Assembly (NCBI GenBank): GCA_017577925.2
Contig: PKQU02000001.1
Location: 839 to 64,838 of the forward strand
Direction of reading: 5' to 3'
DNA length: 64,000 bases
Origin: Bacillota bacterium
GTDB lineage: Bacteria > Bacillota > Bacilli > Calditerricolales > Calditerricolaceae
Position numbers and translations under genes: made by a program. Within the stretch, counting starts at the first letter, position 1. The number at the start of each line of letters is the position of its first letter. Positions 36,733-47,702 of this stretch are shown in pieces. Under the pieces are notes generated by a model. That model worked only from the letters and a program-made list of their open reading frames with translations, was not told the DNA's origin and ran no database searches.

Positions 36733-36747
36733 TGATAATGATTATAA
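36733..36747. promoter_or_regulatory. Fur-family (PerR/Fur) 7-1-7 box
   Basis: TGATAATGATTATAA (minus strand TTATAATcATTATCA). One mismatch to either the Fur (TGATAATnATTATCA) or PerR (TTATAATnATTATAA) consensus. Overlaps the gpx -10. Confidence 0.5.
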
Positions 36748-36769
36748 AAATCAACGTCATTTTTTTCAA
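36741..36769 (-). promoter_or_regulatory. Sigma-A promoter of the glutathione peroxidase gene
   Basis: Minus strand: TTGAAA, 17 nt, TATAAT, about 43 nt upstream of the ATG. Confidence 0.6.
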
Positions 36770-36790
36770 TCCAGTTCCATTCGAAGTCCG

Positions 36791-36828
36791 TGTGAAGAGG
36801 TTAGTAGGCTGTGAAGAGGTTAGTAGGC
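36791..36828. repeat. Perfect 19-bp tandem duplication TGTGAAGAGGTTAGTAGGC x2
   Basis: Read directly: 36791-36809 is identical to 36810-36828. Abuts the 3' end of the transposase remnant. Confidence 0.9.
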
Positions 36829-36835
36829 AAAGACC

Positions 36836-37530
36836 TCACACGAACCCTTTGCCACAGCCTCTGTTCATATAAACTTGTGTCTCCCCATCCCTCCGTGGCC
36901 ATTCCCCATTTCCTCTGGCCGCCAACACTCGCGCCAAATGATCCGCGCCTTTCTCGTTCCATCTGGCCCCATGCCGTTTCATCCAGCGCGCCAAGTGGTG
37001 AAACACTTGGCCTTCTATCGTAACCAGCCGCCACGCCTCCGGCAGCTGCACGATCCCTTTCCAGATGTTCCTTCCCTTCCCGGTTGTTTTTCAAGCACCT
37101 TACGGCGGGGTGGAAGGGGTAGGCCTGGACGTTGGATGTGCATTGCCGCGTTCTCCTCGCCGGTGAAGCTGCCCATCTGTTTGCCCCGTTCGGCGCGCGG
37201 GTTGAACTCGGGCGTTCCGGACGCCATTTTGGTCGTTCGGGCGATTCAGAAAGCGCTCCTCGCCAAAGACCGCGTCACGGCAAAGGAAACCATCCGTGCA
37301 GCGGCGGAGGAGAGAAGGATGGCAGCCCAACAGCGGGGTGGATTCAGATGGTCATGGTTTCCCAACAGCGGGATGAAAAACGGTACGGACCGAATGGGAA
37401 GAACGTGAGGGCGTTGCTCCAACGCCTTGTGCAGATCGAGTGGTTTTCCGCATTGGAAAGGCCGCAGGGACAGAGGGAATCGGAATGGTTTGGCGATCAC
37501 GTTTATGTAATTTAACGGTTTGGACGCCAC
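36836..37530 (-). pseudogene. Degenerate, frameshifted transposase remnant (C-terminal part resembles ISLre2/UPF0236-type transposases)
   Basis: Four short overlapping minus-strand ORFs in different frames. The last, AWRLVTIEGQVFHHLARWMKRHGARWNEKGADHLARVLAARGNGEW, resembles the conserved C-terminus R-MK-RGM-WS..GA of that family. No intact ORF. Confidence 0.45.
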
Positions 37531-37556
37531 ACAAAAAGAGGGGGGTTGCCCCCTCT
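37531..37556 (-). terminator. Intrinsic terminator of leuCD
   Basis: Minus strand: AGAGGGGG-CAAC-CCCCCTCT followed by TTTTTGTG, starting 1 nt after the leuD stop. Confidence 0.8.
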
Positions 37557-37557
37557 G

Positions 37558-38172
37558 TTATACATTTTCTGGGATGCGGTAATACTCCGGCATTCGTTCT
37601 TCATATGCCACAATCTTGTCCGCCTTTTGCAGCGTCAGGCCAATGTCATCGAGGCCAAGAAGGAGGCGCTCACGGCGGTACGGGTCGATGGCGAAGGCCG
37701 TCTCCCAACCGTCCTCGTCGCGAACGACGCATCGCTCCAGGTCGACCGTAAGCGTGTAACCCGGCGTGGCTTCGGTGCGGCGGAACAGCTCGTCGACGAC
37801 GTGTTCGTCCAGCTTCACCGGCAGGATGCCGTTTTGGAAGCAGTTATTGTAGAAGATGTCGGCGAAGGATGGGGCGATGACGACGCGAAAGCCGTAATCC
37901 AAGAGAGCCCAGGGAGCGTGCTCACGCGACGATCCGCAGCCGAAGTTGTGCCGTGCTAGGAGAATGCTTGCACCCTGGTAGCGTGGCTGGTTGAGGACAA
38001 AGTCGGGGTTGGGCGATCCGTCGTCCCGAAAGCGCCAGTCGTAAAAAAGGAACTGGCCGAAGCCCGTGCGTTCGATGCGCTTTAGAAACTGCTTGGGGAT
38101 GATGGCGTCGGTGTCGACGTTGACGCGGTCTAGCGGGGCAACAAGGCCGGTGTGGACACGAAACGGTTGCAT
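37558..38172 (-). CDS. leuD: 3-isopropylmalate dehydratase small subunit
   Basis: [39 protein letters not shown]...[15 protein letters not shown]. Confidence 0.93.
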   Translation of the reverse strand: MQPFRVHTGLVAPLDRVNVDTDAIIPKQFLKRIERTGFGQFLFYDWRFRDDGSPNPDFVLNQPRYQGASILLARHNFGCGSSREHAPWALLDYGFRVVIAPSFADIFYNNCFQNGILPVKLDEHVVDELFRRTEATPGYTLTVDLERCVVRDEDGWETAFAIDPYRRERLLLGLDDIGLTLQKADKIVAYEERMPEYYRIPENV

Positions 38173-38265
38173 GCGGGTCCCCTCCTCGTCGGCGGCATTG
38201 GACGTTTCGCGCAATTTGCTGTCGCGGGCGACAAAACGGTGCGCAGCGGTGTGCCTGGGGCGCGC

Positions 38266-39672
38266 TTAGCCGTCGAGGTCCCATTCGCGGACGTCAACGA
38301 AGTGGCCGGCGATGGCCGCCGCCGCGGCCATGACCGGGCTGACGAGATGGGTGCGGCCGCCGCGCCCCTGACGTCCCTCAAAGTTGCGGTTGGAAGTGGA
38401 GGCGCACCGCTCTCCGGGGGCGAGGATGTCCGGGTTCATTCCCAGACACATGCTGCAGCCCGGTTCGCGCCACTCGAAGCCCGCTTCGCGGAAGATGCGG
38501 TCGAGTCCCTCCGCTTCAGCCTGTCGCTTGACGTGCTGCGAGCCGGGGACGACCATTGCCCGCACACGGGGATGAACCTTTTTTCCGCGCACGACGCGGG
38601 CGGCGGCGCGCAGGTCCTCAATGCGGCTGTTCGTGCAGGAACCGATGAAGACGCGGTCGATGGGGATGTCGGTGATTGGCGTGCCCGGCTCCAGGCCCAT
38701 GTAGTCCAGTGCTCGCGCTGCCGCCTTGCGCTCCGTTTCGGTGGGGAAGTCGTCCGGATCGGGCACGCGGCCCGTCACCGGTACGCCCATGGCCGGGTTG
38801 GTCCCCCAGGTGACCATTGGGGCCAGTTCGGATGCGTTCAGGGTCACGCGGGCGTCGTACGTGGCGCCGGGATCGGTGGGGAGGGCCTGCCAGTCGGCCA
38901 AGGCCCGCTCCCAGGCCGCTCCCTTCGGTGTGTAGCGGCGACCTTCCAGGTAGGCGAAGGTGGTGTCGTCGGGGGCGATCATGCCCGCCCGCGCGCCGGC
39001 CTCGATCGACATGTTGCACACGGTCATGCGTTCTTCCATCGTCAGGGCGCGGATGGCCTCGCCGGTGTACTCGATCACGTGCCCGGTGGCAAAGTCGGTC
39101 CCGTAGGCCGCGATGAGGGCCAGGATCAGGTCCTTGGCCGTCACGCCGCGACTCAGGCGGCCGTCAACGCGCACTTCCATTGTTTTGGGCTTGTACTGCG
39201 GCAGGCATTGCGTGGCCAGCACGTGTTCCACTTCGCTCGTGCCGATGCCAAAGGCCAGGGCCCCGAAGGCGCCATGGGTCGAAGTGTGGCTGTCGCCGCA
39301 CACGATCGTCTTGCCGGGGAGAGTGAGGCCGAGCTCCGGCCCGATTACGTGGACGATGCCCTGGTCGGGGTGGCCCAATCCGGCGAGGCGAATGCCGAAC
39401 TCCCGGCAGTTTCGCTCCAGCGTCTCGATCTGCTGCTTGGCGATCGGGTCGGTGAGGGTGAACGGGTCGTCCGTGGGGACGTTGTGGTCCATGGTGGCGA
39501 AGGTAAGGTCGGGCCGGCGAACGCGGCGTCCGGCCAGGCGCAGTCCTTCAAAGGCCTGCGGAGACGTCACTTCGTGGACGAGGTGCAGGTCGATGTAGAG
39601 GAGGGCCGGTTTGCCCGGTTCTTCGTCGATTACGTGGGCGTCCCAGATCTTTTCGAACAGGGTCCGCGGCAT
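38266..39672 (-). CDS. leuC: 3-isopropylmalate dehydratase large subunit
   Basis: [14 protein letters not shown]...[13 protein letters not shown]...[23 protein letters not shown]...[11 protein letters not shown]...[10 protein letters not shown]. Confidence 0.95.
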   Translation of the reverse strand: MPRTLFEKIWDAHVIDEEPGKPALLYIDLHLVHEVTSPQAFEGLRLAGRRVRRPDLTFATMDHNVPTDDPFTLTDPIAKQQIETLERNCREFGIRLAGLGHPDQGIVHVIGPELGLTLPGKTIVCGDSHTSTHGAFGALAFGIGTSEVEHVLATQCLPQYKPKTMEVRVDGRLSRGVTAKDLILALIAAYGTDFATGHVIEYTGEAIRALTMEERMTVCNMSIEAGARAGMIAPDDTTFAYLEGRRYTPKGAAWERALADWQALPTDPGATYDARVTLNASELAPMVTWGTNPAMGVPVTGRVPDPDDFPTETERKAAARALDYMGLEPGTPITDIPIDRVFIGSCTNSRIEDLRAAARVVRGKKVHPRVRAMVVPGSQHVKRQAEAEGLDRIFREAGFEWREPGCSMCLGMNPDILAPGERCASTSNRNFEGRQGRGGRTHLVSPVMAAAAAIAGHFVDVREWDLDG

Positions 39673-39706
39673 CGCTGCTCTCCCTCCTGCGTGAGGATTT
39701 GGTTTC

Positions 39707-39735
39707 AACGTACCATCGCCCGAGTCATAGTTCAA
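39707..39735 (-). promoter_or_regulatory. Possible sigma-A promoter of leuCD with AT-rich UP-like region
   Basis: Minus strand: TTGAAC, 17 nt, TACGTT. An AT-rich stretch (39736-39775) lies immediately upstream. Confidence 0.4.
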
Positions 39736-39999
39736 ATATATGATGTTTATATTTATGATTTGTTTTACCTATGAGGAGCGTGTCCGGAACGAACGAGGGA
39801 ACCGTCGCGTCGCCTTTCCTCTCGTGATCGCGGGGGGATAGCCGGTACGGCTTGGCGGGCCACACGGTGAACCGGTAGAATGAAAAGGAAAGCGCATTGA
39901 CGTGTGGGCGGAAGGGCCCGGCGCAGGGCGCCGCGGGCCGCCCGGGAAAGTCGACGCCAAAGGACGGAAGACCGCCGATGGACGGGGGAGAGGAACGCA

Positions 40000-40947
40000 A
40001 TGCACACCGTGGTCACCCTGGGCGAGCTTCTCATCGACTTTGTGCCCGAGGAAAACGGCCTGCCGCTGGCTGCCGTCCCCGCCTTCCGCAAGGCGCCGGG
40101 GGGTGCCCCGGCCAATGTGGCCGCGGCGGTGGCCAAGCTGGGGGGGCGGGCGCGATTTGTGGGCAAGGTGGGCGACGACCCCTTCGGCTGGTTTCTGCGC
40201 GCCGTCCTCGAGGAGACGGGTGTCGACACCCGGTCGCTCCTCCTCGCCCCAGATGCGAAGACGACCTTGGCCTTCGTCTCGCTTCGCGCCGATGGGGAGC
40301 GCGACTTCCTCTTCTACCGCGATCCGGGCGCCGACACACTGCTTTCCCCGGAGGAGCTGGACGGTTCCTGGCTGGATGACGCGGCGGTCTTTCATTTCGG
40401 GTCGGTGTCGCTGTCGGCGGAGCCGGCGCGCAGCGCCACACGGGAGATGGCTGAACGGGCGCGGGAGCGGGGGCTCCTCGTCAGTTACGATCCCAACTTG
40501 CGTCCCGCTCTGTGGCCGTCGGATGCGGCAATGCGCGAGGAAGCGGCGTCGGCTGTGGCCCTGGCCGACGTGGTGAAGGTAAGCGAATCGGAACTGGACG
40601 CCCTGGCCGGCGACAAGGGACCCGCGTTCTTCTTCGACCGCGGCGTCTCGCTCCTGGTGATCACCAAGGGAGAAGCGGGGTGTGTGTACCACACCCCGCA
40701 CGCCTCGGGAACGGTTCCGGGATTTGCGGTGCGGGCCGTGGATACCACCGGGGCCGGCGACGGGTTTGTCGGCGGGCTGCTCGTCCAGCTGGCCCAGCGG
40801 GCGAAAGATCGCCCATGGGAGGATGAGGCGTGGCTTCGCCGGGCGCTGCGCTTTGCGAACGCCGTCGGGGCCCTCGTGACCACGAAGCGGGGAGCCATTC
40901 CCGCACTGCCGACACGCGAGGAGGTCTTGGCCTTCCTGGGTGCATGA
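40000..40947 (+). CDS. PfkB-family carbohydrate kinase (fructokinase-like)
   Basis: VTLGELLIDFVP...FRKAPGGAPANVAAAVAKLGG...TTGAGDGFVGGLL. ATG after GGGGGAGAGGAA. Confidence 0.85.
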   Translation: MHTVVTLGELLIDFVPEENGLPLAAVPAFRKAPGGAPANVAAAVAKLGGRARFVGKVGDDPFGWFLRAVLEETGVDTRSLLLAPDAKTTLAFVSLRADGERDFLFYRDPGADTLLSPEELDGSWLDDAAVFHFGSVSLSAEPARSATREMAERARERGLLVSYDPNLRPALWPSDAAMREEAASAVALADVVKVSESELDALAGDKGPAFFFDRGVSLLVITKGEAGCVYHTPHASGTVPGFAVRAVDTTGAGDGFVGGLLVQLAQRAKDRPWEDEAWLRRALRFANAVGALVTTKRGAIPALPTREEVLAFLGA

Positions 40948-40994
40948 CCATATCGGGGTGCCTTCGACGGGAAACGGGCAAAGGAGAGGGGCCC

Positions 40995-41930
40995 ATGGAA
41001 TTGCGGCAACTGCGGTACGTCGTCGCCGTGGCCGAAACGCGGCATATCTCTCGCGCGGCGGAGCAGCTGCACATCGCCCAACCTTCCTTGAGCCAACAGA
41101 TCGCCAAGCTGGAACGGGAGCTGGGGGTGCCGCTCTTTTCCCGCCGCTCCAGCGGCGTGGAGCTGACCGATGCGGGGGTGCGCTTCGTGGAGCGGGCCCG
41201 GCGCATCCTTGAACTGGTGGCCGATTTGCAGCGCGAAATGGCCGATGTGGCGGAGCTGAAGAAAGGGCGGCTGGTGATCGGCAGTCTGCCCGTGACGGGC
41301 GCCCATGTGCTGCCGCGCGTGCTGCCTGCTTTCCGCGCGCGCTACCCGGGGATCGAGGTGCAGCTGGTGGAGGAGACGACGGCCCAGCTGATCGAGCGCA
41401 CCGCGCGCGGCCACGTCGACCTGGCCTTGCTTACCCTGCCCCTTGACCCCGAGGTCCTGGCGTGGGAGGTGTTGGGCGAAGAAGAGATCCTTCTCGCCAT
41501 TCCGCCGGACCATCCGCTGCGCCGGCAGGGCGAGGTGCCGATCGGCTCCCTGGCCGACGAGGCGTTCATCTTCCTCAAGGAAGGCCAGGGCTTTCGCCAG
41601 ATTGCCCTCGAGTTGTGCCGCCGGGCGGGGTTTGAGCCGCGCATCGTCTTCGAGTCGAGCCACATCGAGACGGTGCAGTCCCTCGTTGCCGCCGGGATGG
41701 GCGTGGCCTTCGTGCCGCGCATGGTGGCGCGCAGCGGATGGGAAGCGTTTCCTCCGGCCTATGTGCACCTGGCCGAGCGCCCGCACCGCACCCTGGTGCT
41801 GGCGTGGCGCAAGGCGGGGTACCGCAGCCGGGCGGCTGAAGCCTTTGTCCGCCTGAGTCGAGCGTTGTGGGGGGGAGAGGGTCATGCGGCGGGGGAGCCC
41901 GGCAACGGAGCCGCAGGTGGCGGAACGTAA
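40995..41930 (+). CDS. LysR-family transcriptional regulator
   Basis: MELRQLRYVVAVAETRHISRAAEQLHIAQPSLSQQIAKLERELGVPLFSR (HTH) plus a LysR substrate-binding domain. RBS AAGGAGAGGGG. Confidence 0.92.
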   Translation: MELRQLRYVVAVAETRHISRAAEQLHIAQPSLSQQIAKLERELGVPLFSRRSSGVELTDAGVRFVERARRILELVADLQREMADVAELKKGRLVIGSLPVTGAHVLPRVLPAFRARYPGIEVQLVEETTAQLIERTARGHVDLALLTLPLDPEVLAWEVLGEEEILLAIPPDHPLRRQGEVPIGSLADEAFIFLKEGQGFRQIALELCRRAGFEPRIVFESSHIETVQSLVAAGMGVAFVPRMVARSGWEAFPPAYVHLAERPHRTLVLAWRKAGYRSRAAEAFVRLSRALWGGEGHAAGEPGNGAAGGGT

Positions 41931-43416
41931 ACGGCCGGGGCGGCGGACAACGAATCGGCGTCTGGTTTTCGCCGCCGTGCTGCTGGCCATGTTCATGGCC
42001 GCGGTCGAGGTGACCATCGTCGGAACGGCCATGCCGCGCATTGTCGCCGATTTGGGCGGTTTTGCCCTGCTCGGGTGGGTGTTTTCGGCCTATTTGCTCA
42101 CGCAGGCCGTCACCATGCCCCTGTGGGGGAAGCTGGCCGACCTCTACGGCCGCAAGCCGGCATTTGTGGTTGGTACCGGGCTCTTTTTGGTCGGTTCGCT
42201 CCTGTGCGGCATGGCCACCAGCATGCCGGCGCTGATCGCCTTCCGGGCGCTGCAGGGCCTGGGTGCCGGCGCCGTTCAGCCGATCGCCACGACGATCGTC
42301 GGCGATCTCTACACCCTGGAGGAGCGGGCCAAGGTTCAGGGCTACCTGTCCGGCGTGTGGGGCGTGTCGGCCATCATTGGGCCGGCGTTGGGGGCGCTGT
42401 TCGTCGAGGTCCTGCATTGGTCGTGGGTGTTCTGGGTAAACGTCCCGATCGGGCTGTTGGCCATCGCGGGGGTGGCCCTCTTCCTCCACGAGGACGTGGC
42501 GAAGAAATCCCCTGCACTCGATTGGCCCGGTGCGGCGCTCCTCCTCGTCTCCATCGCCGCGCTGATGTTGGCCCTCATCCAGGGGGGCGTGGCCTGGACG
42601 TGGATCTCGCTGCCGAGCCTCTCCCTGCTGGCCGTCTTTTTCCTGGGCGTCGTCGCATTCCTGCTGTGGGAACGGCGGGCCGCGGATCCGATTATGCCCC
42701 TTGCCGTATGGCGACACCGCGTCATTGCCTTGTCCAACGCGGCGTCGCTCACCACCGGGGCGCTGCTCATCGCCGTATCGTCATACCTGCCGACCTATGT
42801 GCAGGGCGTGCTCGAGCGGTCTGCGCTGGTGGCCGGGTTTACCCTCACGGCGATGTCTGTCGGTTGGCCGCTGGCGGCGACGCTGTCGGGCAAGGCCATG
42901 GTGCGCTTCGGCTTTCGCCCCGTGGCGGTGGTTGGCGGCGTCTTTCTGCTCGTCGGTGCGGCCTTCTTTGTCACGCTCATTCCGCAGCACGGTCCGGTAT
43001 GGGCCGCCCTGGGATCCTTTTTCACCGGTGTCGGCATGGGCTTTGCCACCACCACCTTCGTCGTGGCGGTACAGAGCAGTGTCGACTGGCACATGCGCGG
43101 CGTGGCCACGGCGGCCAATCTCTTCATGCGCGTGCTTGGGGGCACGTTGGGCGCGGCGCTGCTCGGGAGCGTCCTCAACACGCGGCTGCGCGTTCACCTC
43201 GAAGCGGCGGGCTTGGCCGGCGCGGACCCGCTTCGCGACGTCGACCGCTTGCTCGACCCGGTGCAGCGCCTGCATCTGGCCCCGGAGGCAGTGGCGCGCC
43301 TGCAGGAGGGGCTGGCGGCGTCCCTTAAAGCCGTTTACTGGGGGACGGCGGCACTGGCGGTGGTCAGCTTCGCCGTGATTCTCTTGCTACCGCGAAAAGG
43401 GAGGGAAAACGCATGA
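41884..43416 (+). CDS. MFS transporter, DHA2 (14-TMS drug:H+ antiporter) family
   Basis: 510 aa. FMAAVEVTIVGTAMPRI, GKLADLYGRKP and about 14 hydrophobic segments. Overlaps the LysR 3' end by 47 nt. Confidence 0.88.
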   Translation: MRRGSPATEPQVAERKRPGRRTTNRRLVFAAVLLAMFMAAVEVTIVGTAMPRIVADLGGFALLGWVFSAYLLTQAVTMPLWGKLADLYGRKPAFVVGTGLFLVGSLLCGMATSMPALIAFRALQGLGAGAVQPIATTIVGDLYTLEERAKVQGYLSGVWGVSAIIGPALGALFVEVLHWSWVFWVNVPIGLLAIAGVALFLHEDVAKKSPALDWPGAALLLVSIAALMLALIQGGVAWTWISLPSLSLLAVFFLGVVAFLLWERRAADPIMPLAVWRHRVIALSNAASLTTGALLIAVSSYLPTYVQGVLERSALVAGFTLTAMSVGWPLAATLSGKAMVRFGFRPVAVVGGVFLLVGAAFFVTLIPQHGPVWAALGSFFTGVGMGFATTTFVVAVQSSVDWHMRGVATAANLFMRVLGGTLGAALLGSVLNTRLRVHLEAAGLAGADPLRDVDRLLDPVQRLHLAPEAVARLQEGLAASLKAVYWGTAALAVVSFAVILLLPRKGRENA

Positions 43417-44330
43417 AGTATCGCCGGTTGGGACGGACAGGTCTGAAGGTGTCGGTCATCGGCCTGGGAACGTGGCAGTTCGGAGGTGAATGGGGGAAAA
43501 CCTTCACGCAGGAGGAAGTGAACGCCATCCTCGGGCGGGCGAAGGAGCTCGGCATCAACTTCATCGACACCGCCGAGTGCTACGGCGACCACCTATCGGA
43601 AGCCCTCATTGGCCAAGCAATCCGCGGCGAACGCGACCGGTGGGTCGTGGCCACCAAGTTCGGGCACAAGTTTCACGGCTTTCGCGACCGCACCGAGCAC
43701 TGGTCGGCCGCCGAAGTGCGCCAGCAGCTGGAAGAATCCTTGAAGGCGCTCCAGACGGACTACATCGACCTGTACCAGTTCCATTCCGGGACCGACGAGG
43801 TCTTTGACAACGACGAACTGTGGACGATGCTGGACAAAGAAAAACAGGCCGGCAAGATCCGCTTCCTGGGCATTTCCTTGAACAAGAAAAACAGCATGCA
43901 CCAGGTGGAAGCGGCCACGCGCGTGGGTGCCGACGTGATCCAGATCGTTTACAACCGCCTCGATCGCCGGCCGGAGGAGGACGTTTTCCCGTCCTGCCAG
44001 CGCCAGGATCTCGGCGTGTTGGCCCGCGTGCCGCTGGCAAGCGGCTACCTGAGCGGCAAATACCGCCCTGATGCCGTGTTCGGTGAGCGGGATGTGCGCC
44101 GCTATGACGAGGAACGGGAGAAAAAGCTGCGCCTGGTGGAGGAGATTCGCCGCACGGAGGTCCCGGAGGGCGTCGACATGGCCCAGTGGGCCCTCGCCTG
44201 GTGCCTGCAGCACCCGGCCGTTACCTGCGTCATCCCCGGCGTCAAGAACGTCGAGCAGGTGGAGGCCAACGCCAAGGCGGCGGAGCTCGACCTTGTGCGC
44301 GACGACCATCCCCAGGCATGGCGGGAGTAA
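43413..44330 (+). CDS. Aldo/keto reductase
   Basis: MKYRRLGRTGLKVSVIGLGTWQFGGEWG...INFIDTAECYG...DLYQFH...IPGVKN. Confidence 0.92.
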   Translation: MKYRRLGRTGLKVSVIGLGTWQFGGEWGKTFTQEEVNAILGRAKELGINFIDTAECYGDHLSEALIGQAIRGERDRWVVATKFGHKFHGFRDRTEHWSAAEVRQQLEESLKALQTDYIDLYQFHSGTDEVFDNDELWTMLDKEKQAGKIRFLGISLNKKNSMHQVEAATRVGADVIQIVYNRLDRRPEEDVFPSCQRQDLGVLARVPLASGYLSGKYRPDAVFGERDVRRYDEEREKKLRLVEEIRRTEVPEGVDMAQWALAWCLQHPAVTCVIPGVKNVEQVEANAKAAELDLVRDDHPQAWRE

Positions 44331-44341
44331 GTGAACAGGAT

Positions 44342-44377
44342 GGCTGCCGGTACAACCGACCGGCAGCCTTTGTTGTT
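44342..44377 (+). terminator. Intrinsic terminator of the aldo/keto reductase operon
   Basis: 9-bp stem GGCTGCCGG/CCGGCAGCC followed by TTTGTTGTTG. Confidence 0.75.
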
Positions 44378-44398
44378 GCACCATCGGGGCGAAGCCGC

Positions 44399-44430
44399 AC
44401 AAAAAGCCGCGTGCGATGGGCGCACGCGGC
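44399..44430 (-). terminator. Intrinsic terminator of pckA
   Basis: Minus strand: GCCGCGTGCG-CCCAT-CGCACGCGGC followed by TTTTTGTG. Confidence 0.8.
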
Positions 44431-44491
44431 GTGAGTAGCCTAAAGTATGGAAAGGGGTGATGGTGAAGGGCGACGTGTTTGTGAACCTGTT

Positions 44492-46072
<1,581 letters not shown>

Positions 46073-46310
46073 ACGATCGTTCCTTTCCCTGAAAATGTTC
46101 GCGTTGAAGCCGAAGAACCGGAAGTCCGTTTGAAACCCTGTCAAACTGCCATCACAACGTGACGAATCCGCTAAATAGTATAACACATTGTGCAGAATCG
46201 TCTATACTCGCTCTGGTGGCATCCGTCGGGTGTGCTGGGGGGCTCCATACCAAGGGAACAAAAAATGAAAAACGCCGCCGATTTCCAATCGTCCTCCTGT
46301 TCATCGGCAA

Positions 46311-47495
46311 TCACGTACGCAGCTTTTTAGAAGATCGTGACGGCAGATTTTTTGCTGCCGCATACCCCAGGTAGACCAGAAGGAAGACCACAAAACACAG
46401 CGCGGTGAGGCGATACATCACGGCAAAGCTGGTGAGGCCGGCGATGGGGCCCAGGAGCATCGCCCCGCTGCCAATGCCCAGGTCAAAAGCGGAAAAGAAC
46501 GTGGCGGTGGCCGATCCGCGCTTTTGCGGGGGCACGCGCTGGATGAGCCACGCCTGCAGGGTGGGTTGGATGGCGCCGAACGCGATCCCGTACAGCATGG
46601 CGGCCAGCACCAGGCCGCCGAGGGTGGAGGCGTAGGAGAGCACCAGCAGGCCCGCCATTCCGAACCACGCCCCCGGCATCAGCACCCAAAATGGGCCTTT
46701 CCGGTCAAACAGGATCCCGGCCACCGGCCGGACGACGAGCAAAAACAGGGCATTCACGGTGAAAAACCATCCGATGTTGGCGATCCCGATTTCGTTCCCG
46801 AACAGGGGAAGGAAGCTGACAAGGCCCCCATAGGTGAAGGTCACGAATATTACCAGGAAAGAGGGAAACAGCGCTTTTCTTTCGAACAGGCCCGCCCAAA
46901 AGGGTTTCGTGCCCACGGTTGCGCCGTTTTCCGGCAACGCGGGGATCCGCACCAGCTGCGTCAGGGCCAGCGAGAGGAGGGTGCTCGCGGCAGCAATCGG
47001 GAACAGGAGGCCAAAGCCGAACCGGTTGAGGATCCCGATGCCCATTAACGGCGCGACGGCCATCGCCAGCGTGGAGGAAAACCCGAAGTATCCCATCCCT
47101 TCCCCCCGCCGGGAGGGCGGAATGAGGTCGGACGCGATCGTCCCGTAGGCGGTGGTCGAAATCCCCCAGCCGACGCCGTGCAGGATTCGCGTCAACAAGA
47201 TGGAAAGGACGGAAGGGGCAATGCCATAGCTGACAATGGCACACAAGTTGAGGAGCAGGCCGACAACCAAGACCCGTTTGCGTCCGGTCCAATCCAGCGC
47301 AGCGCCGGTAAACGGGCGGATCAGCAGCGCAAAAATGGTGAAGATGCCGGTGATGAGGCCGACGTCAGTCTGGTTTCCGCCGTGTTGTGTGACATAAACC
47401 GGAAGAGTGGGCACGAGCATCTGAAATCCGAAAAATTGAAACAGATTGGCCAGGGAAAGCAACACAAAGTCTTTCGTCCACAGCTTTTCTTTCAA
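46311..47495 (-). CDS. MFS transporter (12-TMS)
   Basis: About 394 aa from a TTG 5 nt after AGAGGTG (GTG at 47501 is the alternative). ALDWTGRKRV loop motif. The in-frame extension to 47780 lacks an RBS and looks non-protein-like. Confidence 0.8.
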   Translation of the reverse strand: MKEKLWTKDFVLLSLANLFQFFGFQMLVPTLPVYVTQHGGNQTDVGLITGIFTIFALLIRPFTGAALDWTGRKRVLVVGLLLNLCAIVSYGIAPSVLSILLTRILHGVGWGISTTAYGTIASDLIPPSRRGEGMGYFGFSSTLAMAVAPLMGIGILNRFGFGLLFPIAAASTLLSLALTQLVRIPALPENGATVGTKPFWAGLFERKALFPSFLVIFVTFTYGGLVSFLPLFGNEIGIANIGWFFTVNALFLLVVRPVAGILFDRKGPFWVLMPGAWFGMAGLLVLSYASTLGGLVLAAMLYGIAFGAIQPTLQAWLIQRVPPQKRGSATATFFSAFDLGIGSGAMLLGPIAGLTSFAVMYRLTALCFVVFLLVYLGYAAAKNLPSRSSKKLRT

Positions 47496-47664
47496 TTTCA
47501 CACCTCTTTCTACAGAGGATTCACGTGCGCGGTCCGCGTGGGCGTGTTCTTGCCTATTGTATTCCCTTTTTCCCGGCTTCATCAACAAGATGTCCCGCAA
47601 CCACCACCCGTTGCGGTTCCTGAACGGGTTGACAACGAGGAAGTTGCGTCGCGCAAATGACCGA

Positions 47665-47702
47665 AGGCCACCTGCGCGGAAGGCAGGTGGCCTATTTGTT
47701 TT
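47665..47702 (+). terminator. Orphan terminator-like hairpin at the island border
   Basis: 11-bp stem AGGCCACCTGC/GCAGGTGGCCT with 7-nt loop, then ATTTGTTTT on the + strand. No + strand gene lies upstream. Confidence 0.4.

Larger units (their letters stand above)
35740..37557. other. Composition-mosaic islet (AT-rich spacers, low-GC gpx, decayed transposase) between rocD and leuD
   Basis: Hand count for 35761-35820 is 18/60 G+C. The gpx coding sequence is visibly AT-richer than its neighbours. A transposase remnant sits at the right edge. Confidence 0.55.

Noticed and set aside
36791-36828. Possible CRISPR or other array seeded by the 19-bp repeat.
   Set aside because: There are only two contiguous copies with no spacers and no cas genes. 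I saw no other repeat-spacer periodicity anywhere in the window.
39673-39990. T-box or leucine-leader attenuator upstream of leuCD.
   Set aside because: I found no specifier-loop or T-box (AGGGUGGNACCGCG-like) sequence and no Leu-rich leader peptide. The region holds only an AT-rich promoter-like stretch.
46131-46143. cre-like TGAAACCCTGTCA upstream of pckA (a catabolite-repression site would be expected there).
   Set aside because: It lacks the central CG of the cre consensus on either strand. Only the outer TGA/TCA arms match.
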